From: Bilabrum cf. latius
Taxonomy: Eukaryota
Length of the DNA: 64,000 nucleotides
Direction of reading: 5' to 3'
NCBI GenBank assembly: GCA_965178125.1
Contig: OZ237743.1
Location: forward strand, 558,001-622,000
The position numbers and the translations under genes were made by a program. Below the pieces are notes generated by a model that saw only the letters and a list, made by a program, of their open reading frames with translations, was not told the DNA's origin and made no database searches. Shown piece after piece: positions 13,301-24,448 of this stretch (positions are counted from its first letter, which is position 1; each line of letters begins with the position of its first letter).

Positions 13301-16300
13301 GGCGTGGGCTCTGTCGCAGATCTTCGTGGTGACGCAAGAGGGCATCGCGAGAGAGCGCGAGGGCGAAATCTACGCGAATTACTACGACATCTTCGTGCGG
13401 AATGCTTTCGGAAACTTCCGTGACGTGATGAAGGAGGTGTCCTACAGCCCCGCCATGGCTATCATGCTGACCTTCCTAGAGTCCAGGTCGCTGTACTACT
13501 CGTCCGAGGTGTCTCCGCGCAAGGAGCTGTATCCTGACGAGAACTACGCCAGGGAAATCATGCAACTCTTCACCACGGGACTCTGGCAGCTGCACCCGAA
13601 CGGGACTCAGAAACTCGATGGCAGGGGCCGCCCCATGGTGACTTACACCAACGACGACATTTTGGATTTCTCGAGGGCGTGGACGGGCTTCGATCAGCAG
13701 CTGCATCGGGAGAACATTGAGAACTGGGGCGGCGACAGGAGCCAGAACAACATCGACCCCATGTTCATTCGAGCCGACTGGAGGGACACCTTCCCGAAGC
13801 TGGGCCTGGGGCAGCGCTACATCGGTGATGGATATCCTGCCTGCTGGGACCTGCCCCCGCGCGCTTTCCTTCGAAAAGGGGCCAAGTACATCTACCTGGG
13901 ACAAGACGCCCTCGGAACACTGAACGGGGACCACGGTCACGTGCGCACCTACCCGATTCTGACGCTCGACTCTTCCAGCTCTAAGCTCTTCGAGGCGCTG
14001 TGCGGCGGACGGGGCGCGCAGGCCACTTGCAGCGCCATGCGCTCTGAGGTGGTCCTCGCAGCCGATTTGTCGTGCGACGGGGTGGAGTGTGACGTGCAAA
14101 CCGTGCGCACGGTGCAGGTGAACCGCGCGGGGAAGAACCCCGTGTTCTTTGAGTACGTGCGGGAGCCCTGTGTGGAGTTCGCCTTTGTGGAGGAGGGGAG
14201 GCAGAAGCCGCTCTCCGACCGCTTCCGCGAACGGAGTGTGTGCATCGATGAGCGGTTGCAGGCGGGTGTGGCGGCATGCAAGACGTCCCCAACCGACTGG
14301 AGGGGTGCTGTGTAGTGCTCGCACTACGGCAGCGAGCGATATGACTATGCCGAGGCGGAGAGGAGGTGCCGGGCAGATGGGTACGAGCTAGGCTGGTTCG
14401 ATGATCCGACGTGGCCCGCCTCCTGCGGCAGGTACACGCTCGGCAGGTCGTGGGGCAATGGCAACTGCTCGATCCAGGCCAAGGTCCACCCCGACGGGCG
14501 CGTGTCTGTCGTGCATGAGTTCGAAGGCCTCCCCTACATCAAGGGGGACCCGCGGTTGTGGAGGTCCAAAGACAAGTACGGCTTCCGCGTGGATTGGAGG
14601 TCAGCTTCGGCTTCCCCCTCGTCTTCGGCCTCGTCGGGAGCATCTTTGTTCCCCACTGTGGAGGAAGCAGTCAGTCGCGGCCTAGTAGACAATAGCACCT
14701 GCTGGATGCAAGGAGAGCTTCTCGTGTGCGAAGCACAAACCAGCACCGAGGCTGTCTTCCACGAGGTTCCAGCGAGTGCTGCCGATGTGATGGATCGGCT
14801 CCGAGTAGGCGCAGCTGATCCAGCGCTCTTCGACGCTGGCGCGTACGTTGCTTGCGACACTGCCGAGTGCTCGGCGTTGCAGGATGCTCACGGCGTGCGC
14901 ACGTACTTCCGCGCGGTTGTGAATGGCACTGCCGGGTTTGACGAGCGGACCGTGTTTGCGCTCACGTGGCACGGCAAGGCGCGATTCATGGTCAACGCGC
15001 AGAGCATGGTGCACGTGGCAGGGGGCGAGTACGCTTTCCGCAACCCGCCTCAGTTCATGTCCCACTGGGAGGTCGCTGCTCGCGATGCCCACCACGAGAC
15101 CGACGCGGTGCTGGGCCACTACATGGAACACCCCAACACCCCGCCCTTCGTGGCCGACTTTTTCATCAAGCGATTCACCACGTCCAACCCCAGCCCTGCG
15201 TACGTCAAGCGTGTGGCCACTGCCTTTGAGGAAGGCAAGTATGGCGAGTTTGGGACCAGTGTAATCGGCGACATGGCCGCCACCATCGCAGCCGTGCTGC
15301 TGGACCCAGAGGCAATGTCACCTTCCCTGGAACGAGAGCCGTCCCACGGTAAGCTGAGGGAGCCCATGGTCAAGCTCATGCACCTCCTGCGGGCGCTGGA
15401 GTACCGCCCGGAGGGTGGCAGGCAGCTGCGCATGCGATACTTTGACAACAGGCTGGGGCAGCAGCCGCACTCGGCACCCAGCATCTTCAACTTTTATCAG
15501 AGCGACTTCCGCCCCGGTGGTATGGTGCAGTCGTCCTCCTTGGTGGCCCCAGAGGCGCAGATCCTCAACACTCCGACGATCGTGAGCTGGCTCAACGGCA
15601 TGCTCTCGCTATTCGAGTACGGCCTCACAAGCTGTGAGCTCGGGTTCGGCGAAAGACCATTCTCGCACTCTCGCTGCGACGAGGTGCGCGATCGACGCGC
15701 CGGGTACGTTCCGGACGACTACTGGTCTGGGAACCTGACGTGGATGCCTGCGGGAGGGGACGAGCAGTCGGCTGCCGCCGCCGTGGAGGAGCTGGACCTT
15801 CTGTTGACGGGCGGTCGGCTGAGCGAATCCAGCAAGGGCATCATCCAGGAGGCCTTCCTGGCGCAGGCCAATGACACCTCCCGCACCTTGCGAGACGCCC
15901 GGAATGCTGCGGCTGAGCTGGTGGCGGCAGCGCCCGAGTTTCACTCCCTGAATGCCGGCCACGAGCCCCAGCCCGAACAGCTCGCCGTCGCGGCTGAAGA
16001 CGACAGCCCGCCTCCCGAGGAGTACAAGGCCATCGTGTACCTGTACCTCAGCGGCGGCCTGGACTCGCACAACCTGCTTGTTCCCCATTCCGAGTGCGAA
16101 GGCAAGGACCTCTACCAGGAGTACGTGGATGTTCGCGACGACGTCGCCCTTCCCCAGACGGAGCTTCTGGAGCTGGAGGTTCCTGCTGGCACGCAGCCCT
16201 GCCGCAAGTTTGGCGTGCACCATCGATTGCCGCTTGTCAAGGACCTGTACGACCAGGGCCAGGCGGCTTTCATTGCTAACGTGGGGCCCATGATCGAGCC

Positions 16301-17315
16301 GGTGACCCGAGAGCAGTGGAACGCCGGCACGGTCGAGCTTCCTCCGCAGCTCTTCTCGCACAACCTGCAGTCCCGGGCCACGCAGAACGTGCACGCGCAG
16401 AGCAACGAGGGCAGGGGCATCTTGAGCAGGGTGAAGGACGCGCTGCACTACTAGGGCGAGCTGGCCACCATGTACTCCATCTCAGGGAACAAGGTGGCCA
16501 TCGAGGGATCGCTGACGGGCGCTGCTGCCGACATTGTGGATCGACTGGGTGGTGCCACTCCTTTCGATGAGTACGGCAGGATCGAGCACCTGCATGAGTC
16601 GCTGGAGAGAATCGTGCGCAACGGCTCCACGTCGATCATGGCTGACACGTGGTCGAGGCAGATGCTCAACGCGATGGCGAGGTCCAGGAAGCTGGCCGCC
16701 TCGATCGACGTGCACGGCACGCTGAACCAGACCTTTGCGGCAACCAGCGGCGATTACAACTCTGCCCTCGCCCAGCAGCTGGAGCAGGCAGCTCGCATTG
16801 TTTCCGCGAGAAAGTACCTTCGGTCGTCCAGGGACATGTTCTTCGTCGACATCGGCGGCTTTGATTCCCACTCTGACGCGTTCGCCACTCTCGAGCTGAG
16901 GTTTCCCATGATCAACGCAGCTCTGGATTCATTCGTTCAGGAGATGAAGCTGCAAGGGGTATGGGAGAATGTGACGATCGTGCAGACGTCCGAATTCGCA
17001 CGCACCATCACGAGCAATGGTGCCGGCACAGACCACGCGTGGGGCGGGCACATGTTCATGGTTGGCGGGTCGCTGAACGGAGGCAGGATCCACGGCACGT
17101 GCCCGTCCCTGGCCCTGGATTCGGACCTGAACGTGGGTGGTGGTCGCGGGCGTTACATCCCCACCACGCCGTGGGAGGGTCTTTGGGACGGTCTAGCGAA
17201 GTGGTTTGGCGTAAAGGACGAGCACATGGACGGGGTGCTTCCGAACAGGAAGAACTTCCCGGCGGAACAGCTCATCCCACTGGATCAGCTGTTCAGGACC
17301 AGCTCCGAAGCATGA
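10353..17315 (+). CDS. DUF1800-DUF1501 fusion protein with N-terminal membrane anchor (~2320 aa); TAG read as sense
   Basis: Eight same-frame ORFs joined across TAGs at 10671, 10899, 11379, 11535, 12483, 13284, 14313 and 16452; ends TGA. DUF1800 motifs D*LRQRVAWALSQIFVV, RNAFGNFRD, PDENYAREIMQLFTTGL, HPNTPPF, TSNPSP, GKLREP. DUF1501 motifs YKAIVYLYLSGGLDSHN, LFSHN, GGFDSH, SEFART, GTDHAWGG. Start could instead be ATG 10278. Confidence 0.9.
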
Positions 17316-17494
17316 ATGAATGTTGATTGATAATTGGCTCGCGCTTTCTAGCTGCTTGCTTATACTAAAGTACAGCTTAACTGCACACTTTGTCACTTTG
17401 GCGGTGAACCAGCAGCACTCGTCACTTCGAACTTCAAATCCGCCTGATCGTCGAGGCAAACACAATCCTCCAGTCGTTAAACTGCGAAGCTGCG

Positions 17495-20400
17495 ATGCTT
17501 AATATAGTTAGTCAGTTTAGCAGAACGGGTCCTGATGGTACACCAGGTCCTGCTAAACAATCAGAGGCATATTTAAACAGGGTTTTCCGCTCGGAAACTC
17601 GCGCTCGCATCGCCGGATACCCTCAGATTCAAGATAGCGAACGGTCATCTGCAGCAGCTGGGCCGGTGCAAAATCAAAGAATATTGCTCCAGGCTAGGCA
17701 AGTGTTTGTGCGGTAGAAGTTGCCACCCCCGCCAGCAGAGCTTCCCCCGAGGCGAGCTGCATCACAACTACAAGTTGCTGCATCACCAGGGGTCGCTGAG
17801 GCCACTGCAGACGATGAACTGGTTTCTCTGCCAGACCACAATGAAACATTCAAGAACGCTAAGAAGCAGAAAGCTAGGAAGAACCGTGGGCGAGCTTCCC
17901 TTGTGATTACCTCCAGACGAAAGCGGCCGATACGAGCCAAGCCGGACACCCGCCTTGGCGTGCCTGCCATAAATGCAACGCCGTTGGTAGACATCGAAGC
18001 GCAACTGGATGCACTGGATAACATTGCAAAATCAGCCCAGGAGGCTGAAGCTCTCGAAGCTATGCACCGCCGAAACCGTGCTCGTGCTGGAGACTTGGCA
18101 AGGCGAGGCTGGTGCTCTGACGTGCTATCCTGTGGTATGTAGGGAAATTATGACAACTAGCAGTACAAAAAGGACTCTAAGTGCCCATCTGTATCGTATT
18201 GCTTGTTGTATTTCGCGGACTTGGGGTCCTGCATGATCCACTCGTAGCGCTCCGTAAGGGTGACTGGACAGCCCGATGCTGGAACCGATAAGGGCGCATG
18301 CAGATCGTGCAAGGAGCTCGCCGAATCGTGTGGTGCCTTGTTGCAAACAAGCTCAGGTACTGTGCCTACAAGCTGCAGCCGATACAGGCACAGCTGCTTG
18401 GCCCCTTCCGATTTCGCCCAGCTCGGAGTAGGTGCCGCCGGCAGCATCCGAATGCGGACAGCAACAGCCTGCTTCATTTTGCTCGTGTGGATAGCGTGCG
18501 CCCCTCTGCTCGCGTCATACTCATCGAGGTCCTCATGGCCACTCGTTAGTGAGCGATACGACTGGGCAGCGCTGCAACTCGGCACGGGGTCGCCTTCCCC
18601 GCTGGCCAAGCTCGACTACCCGTTGTTGGCGGGATTGAGCGCTGCCAACCTGGCGGCTGCAACAGAGTGGAGTGACGCAATTGCCCGCAGCACCACCAGC
18701 ATCAGCTCTAATGCTGACATGTAGTCATTTGTGCAAGCGTGTGAAAGCCAGTCCATGCCGAGCAGGGTGCACGCACAGGTACAGCAGGTCGCCGTGACAA
18801 AGGCAGCCTCGTACACCGTATCAATCAGCGGTGGGATCGTCCTCCTCCTGTTTGTCATCCTAGCCATCACGCTAAGAGCTACGTGCAACCGACGCAGCGA
18901 AATGGACAGGTCATTCAACGAAAGTGACTGTGCTGCGGTGTAGCCCGGCAGTCACGACCATAGGCTCTAGCGCCTGCGGGTGCATGGTACTTGCCTTGAC
19001 CCGACCACTCCCCTAGGCGCTGCATATGTCTCCAATCCAGATGATGACATCGTAGCCGCATCATGCAGCGCCCTTGCTACCACGAGCAGGCCCCATATTG
19101 AAGCGCAGGACTACGCTGTGCTCATCTCGGGGCTGTCACCTGGGGTCGGTGTTGGTGCTTTGCGGCGCAGGATTGCTCGTGCCACTGGCTGCGGCGTGCA
19201 CCAGCTCGTGCTCCTGCACCGAGAATCAACAACAGCCGCTGAATGCATCGAGAGGGTTGAGCTGGCGACTCGCGCTCGTATTCTTGCGGGCATGTCCGGG
19301 TTCAAGACGAGCCGACACCGGTTGCGCACAAGGCTGGCTCGACCTTTTGGCGCTGTACCAACGAATGGAGAACAGCAAATCGCTAAAGCCACCAGTGCAT
19401 TTCAAGGGCAACAGGGGTCTGAAACGAGCAAAATCGATGAGTCAAGCTCGGAGCGCAATGGATATACAGACCACCTCGCCGCCTCTGCGGAGGGTCTAGC
19501 GAGCCTGTGGCAAAGCGACGAAACACGTGTGGCCGAGGCGCATCGACGGCGAAGTGCAGTCATACAGGAGCTCAAGACATGCGAGTCAGAGCTTTCGCTC
19601 GCGGTGCAGCGGTATCCAGCGGGTCGGGGTGCCTTGCTGCGGCGAGCAACGGCAGGCTTAGTCAGCATGCACGGGGTTACCGCCGAGCCTCAGCAGAGAC
19701 CATCCAAATCTGCTGCGTTGCTGCAGGCATCCTCGGTTCAGCTGGGTCGCCCAACGCCTAAGGCGCAAAGTACGTCGTTGCTTACGAATGTGCCGAAGCC
19801 TGCATCCGCATCTAGGGCCGGTATCGGAGCCGACACAGTAGTCACCGAGAGGCAGACAGTTGCTTCACCCCCTGCAAATCTCGGCCAACTCGCAACCCAA
19901 GTTCCACTGCTGAACGCCGCAGACAACGGAGATGATGACGGGCAGTATCGCACGGGCTTGGCTGCATTTGGACAGCAGCTGTCGGAGATGGCGAGCCAGG
20001 CGACTGATTTCTTGGTGGAGCAGGAGGAGCTGGCAAGTTCCAGTGCCAGCAGCACCAGCAGTGAAGGCAGTGATCAGGAGCCGCAATCTGCGTCGCAAGG
20101 CAAACCGAGCCGTGTACGCGATAGAAATACAATGAAATCGTCCTCAATACTCTCTGGCGGCTACAGTTCCCACCGCAGCGTGGGACACTCCCTCGGTGGC
20201 CTCAGTGAACGGGATAGGGACGCAATCGCAGAGTCCTCCCGGTCGCTGGCATGGGAAGGTACCGTTTCTGCTCTCGGTCTTTCATCGCTGCTTGGTTGTG
20301 GTCCGCAAATAGCGCAGGCTGTAGTCTGCTTTGATAGCCCTATCGGTGTGTAGCGCGCAGTGGAGTTGGCAGATCTCGGCTTGTCATCGGTTCTGGTCGG

Positions 20401-23400
20401 GAGATCTTCCACCGTGTCTGGGCGGAATCCGTCAGTCATGCCGGCACCGGGTCCCCCACATTCCATTCTTTGGAAGCACGTAGATGGCGTCCACAGGTAC
20501 ACGTTCGTTCGAGGCTGCTTGCACGCGATGTGCTTGCCCCTCTGCCCAGGTAGCAATGCCAGGGTCACTGGCGAAGACAGACGCAGTGCCGAGAGAAGAA
20601 TGAACGCATCGATGGTCTCACTAGGGCTGGAGCGGGCCAAACAAGGGCACCAGACTGAAAAAATAGGCGTGGCCGCGTTTGCATCTGTAAACTCCGAAGA
20701 GAGTGACTGGGCAGGTGCGCCTGCCGTCACGCCGTTGTCGACGTGTGGAGCGGTTACAGGGCACGCAGAGCAGTGGGCGCACTCTTGTAGCCTTGGACTT
20801 CTAGTTCTTGCTGCATCTTTCATCGCATTGCAATCTTCAATACGTGCTTTTAGCCTGCCAGCAGATGCCCGACGCGCGTGGATTGCTGATGGATCAGGGC
20901 CAGGACTCCTCGGATGCGGTATTATGCCTGAGCAACATGCTACAGTCATACGAGTGCTTGCAACAGATCCTTTGTGGACAAACATACCTGCTTCAACAAA
21001 CTTGACGTGTCTAGCAGAAGAGCTTGTCGCAGATCGTGCACAGTCAACTGGCGCATTGCTGGGCACGCTAACACCTTGGGAAGTCGGTGGGTCGCGGCAA
21101 GACGCATGCGACTAGCTGACTACCATTAAAACCAAGCAAGATTAGTGGCCGTTCAAAGTGGCAGCAATTGTTCTTGTATTGCCGATCGTTGCGGACTGGC
21201 TCTCCGCATCGACGTTTGTTGGGCCTTGGAGGCAGCACCGTACGAGAGCAGTCGCTGCAGTGTCAGTGCATGCAATGGCTTTCGCTGGCGTGGGCTCGTT
21301 GCTCCTGGCCCACATTGACTTTGCAGGTGGTGCAGATGGGTTGACTACGGGTTTCTTGGATAACTGGGGTTCGGGCATCCTGCGGGATGCCACGGCGGTC
21401 GGGCTTCGCAGCTACCTTTCCTGCTTGACTGCCATGCTGCTTTGGGTGGCCGGACTCGATGCCCTGTGGTCAACCTTAACCATGATGTGGTAGATCATGC
21501 GCCACTCGAATTGTAGTGTTAATCTTGCTTCAGGGTGCATAGAGTAGTGCATGCAGTGCTCATGGGTGCGTGGGGCCGCGACGTACCCTGGAATAGCAGC
21601 AGTCAATGATACAGCGGCTGACGAATCCATTCGGGTAGAAACAGAGGAGAAGAGTAAAACAATCTCTGGTGTTTAGCGTTCAAAGCAGCTGAAGAGCATC
21701 CCATCTGCCACTCGACGCGAGACCAGAACCAAGCAAGCAGTGGCAGCGGAGGTACTATCCAACATGAAACCGACGAAGGCAGGCGTGAAGCGGCGCACAC
21801 CCGTGGCTGTCGCCTCTCCAGTGCTCCATCAGGATACGAAGCACCAGTCATACCGGAAAGCACGACGGACGAAGCTCGTGCTGCAGGCATGGCTTGATGA
21901 CAACGACCGGTTCGGCGGCAGGGTGAGCTCCGTGGCACCATCTTCAACTGTGTCGCGAAGAGACGGCCCTGCTTTTGCATCCATTCGAAACGAAGCTATG
22001 AAATTAGCACTAGAGGAAGGCAAGAGTCGTAATGTACCCGTTATGGTCCAATATGCAGGCCCTAGCAGCGAGTAGCATGTCGAGGGTGCCAGTGGGGTGT
22101 CCCGCTCGCAAGCCTCGACCAGTGGCGAGCTGGCGGTGCGCGGTGTAGCTGACCTGCACGGCTCCCTGCATCTGAGAAAGGAGTCCGACGCAAATGACCA
22201 CAATTTGTCTATGGTGTAGCTGGTCCGAGAGAGCCGGGAGCCTTCCTCAGGTGACTAGGTTGTTGCGCCGGCGCCCCCTGGCCAGCACGACAGCGACACA
22301 ACGAGCGGCGGCGATACACACCAAAGCAGTGCCACTCCTGATGGCGGGCCACTATCACCAAAACCAACGAAGCCTGGCCATGAAGAGGATGCCGCCGCTG
22401 CTTCTACTAGCGGCACATGCCCGCTGCCGGACCGTGGCACCGCAGCACTGTGTCGCCTCCGTGCAGCGGACGCGTGCCTGCCTCTGTGGTTCCACATGCT
22501 AGACGATGACATAGGTGGTGCAAGCCACGTGGAGCACGTGATCTATCCTCGATTGAGCAGAGCATTCTATAGCTAGGCAAGGCGAGCGACAGTGGTTGCG
22601 TTCTTGCTGTTTGCATCGGTGGCCCATGCAACGCTGCACCCGATGCTGTTGCTCATACCGACAGCTCACCTTCTATTCACCACAAGCGTCGATAGCGCTC
22701 GAATCCTGCACGAATCGCGAAAATGGAAACGCTGGAGCGACATGGTCTGGTGGCCAACGGCAGTGGCGGCGGGAAAGCTGGCTCGAGCTGTTGAAGCGCA
22801 GACCGGCCGGCTGGGACACCGTGACATGTACAAGATCTTCTTCGGTGAGCGGGATTAGAGGGACTAGGGCCCGAAGGCAACGCAAGGCAAGGCCCTTGCT
22901 GCTGCAGCCATGGCAGGAGTCGTCTCCAGCTCGGGCCCAGTCGGTATTTCCCTGCACGAGTAGCAATCGACCATCCCGAGCGCGGGTCTGCATCCTCGCG
23001 ATGAGTGTATCGTGCTTGCTTCAGAGGGGGCTCAATCTGTGCAGCGGGTGATTGAATACCGAGAATGTCTTGTTGATGATATCGTCGCGCGGTCTCCACC
23101 CGTGGCTGGTGGCAAGAAGGCGTTACGGACAGCAAGTGGAACAGCGACAGGCACTGGTACAGGCACTGGTACAGGCACTGGTACAGGCACTGGTACAGGC
23201 AGGTGGACGAGCAGTGCAGCAGAACAGGAAGCGATCGACCCACAAACGAACCGTCTCAAGGAAAACCAAACAGTGTAGGCTCGCAACTACGAGGAGAAAG
23301 GTCACACGGCCAAGGGCCAGCCGCCGCAGCCACACCAGCACCCAGACTCCTGGTCGCCGCACCTGCTCGACCTACAGGCTGTACCGGACCATGCAGCCGA

Positions 23401-24166
23401 TGCGCAGGCCGCCATGGATCTAGACGGAGAGGCATGCCTGATCAGCGGCGCGATCCTGGCAGGCGCGGCGTGCAATGCAGTCGCACTCGTCATCCACACG
23501 TCGCACGTGCACGCCATGCCATCGTCTGGTTTCATCACGGAGGGTCCAGGAGAGGAAGGGGACACGGCCGGAGGAAACCGGCAAGGTGCGACGAGTTCTA
23601 CGTACATGCACTGGCAAACGCTGTATCCGTGGCGATTTGCACAGCCCCACGTGCTGCTGTCGATGTTGCTCGGTTCCGCTGCCTGCATCGTGGCCCTGTG
23701 CACCGTGTTTTCATGGACGTGCTGCCCCGCAGGCCTCAGGTGCTGCTCGCAGAGGGCGCAAGAAGCGGAGCAATCAGCAAAATCGTCCAGCCACGGGGTA
23801 GCCAGCGGCCGCAGGGTATTTGGCAGCGTGGTATCTCGAATCAACGACCCTTCCAACGTCGCGAATGCCAGGGATCCGAGCCTGAGGCTTGGCGTGGCGG
23901 AGGCTCTAGGCATGGTGCGTGGAATCTCGTCCTACCTCCCGTAGGATAGCGCTACCCTGAGAGCCATGTATCCCATTCAATCAGAGGAATAGATTAAGCA
24001 GGTGTATCCTTCCCACTCGGCTGCAGCCACCATCTTCGAATTGCCCGACCGTGCCACCAAGCGTGAGTACGAGAAGCAAATGGGCAAGGTGCTGCGTGCG
24101 CTGGTGGATCCAGGGGCCTTCGCAAGGGATGATGACATTGAGTCCAGCTCAGATGGCAGTACATGA
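17495..24166 (+). CDS. Large multi-pass membrane protein, tentatively a divergent OSCA/TMEM63 (CSC1)-like channel with long low-complexity inserts (~2220 aa); TAG read as sense
   Basis: One frame from ATG 17495 to TGA 24164-24166 with about 23 TAGs and no TAA/TGA. Several hydrophobic helices. The ordered motifs QDYAVLISGL, AVVCFDSP and PAPGPPHSILWKHV resemble the OSCA cytosolic-domain motifs (TVLVxxIP, AFVTF, APEPxDIxWxNL). The gene is well supported; the family call is weak. Confidence 0.6.
23147..23201 (+). repeat. 12-bp tandem repeat (ACAGGCACTGGT)x4.5 encoding a (Thr-Gly)n tract
   Basis: Directly visible; lies within the 17495-24166 CDS. Confidence 0.95.
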
Positions 24167-24448
24167 CGCATGCAGCATATACTAGGAAGTATTGGTGCCT
24201 GTGCGGCTCAGTGCAAATTGATGCAGCCTATTGCCATGTTTGTTGGTCACCACCTGGTAGCTGTGTCCAACAGACTAGACCAATTATATTTCCACTATAT
24301 GTAAGTTCACCCGCACAGACTTCGTACAGCACATTAAAGTGCAAATTGCCATCGTCACTGTTTGCGACCACGCCCTGCGACCTTCGGCGGTCGCAGCCTC
24401 TGGTGCCGTTTTGATCACAAACAAGCTACTTCCAGCAACGTAGCCATC

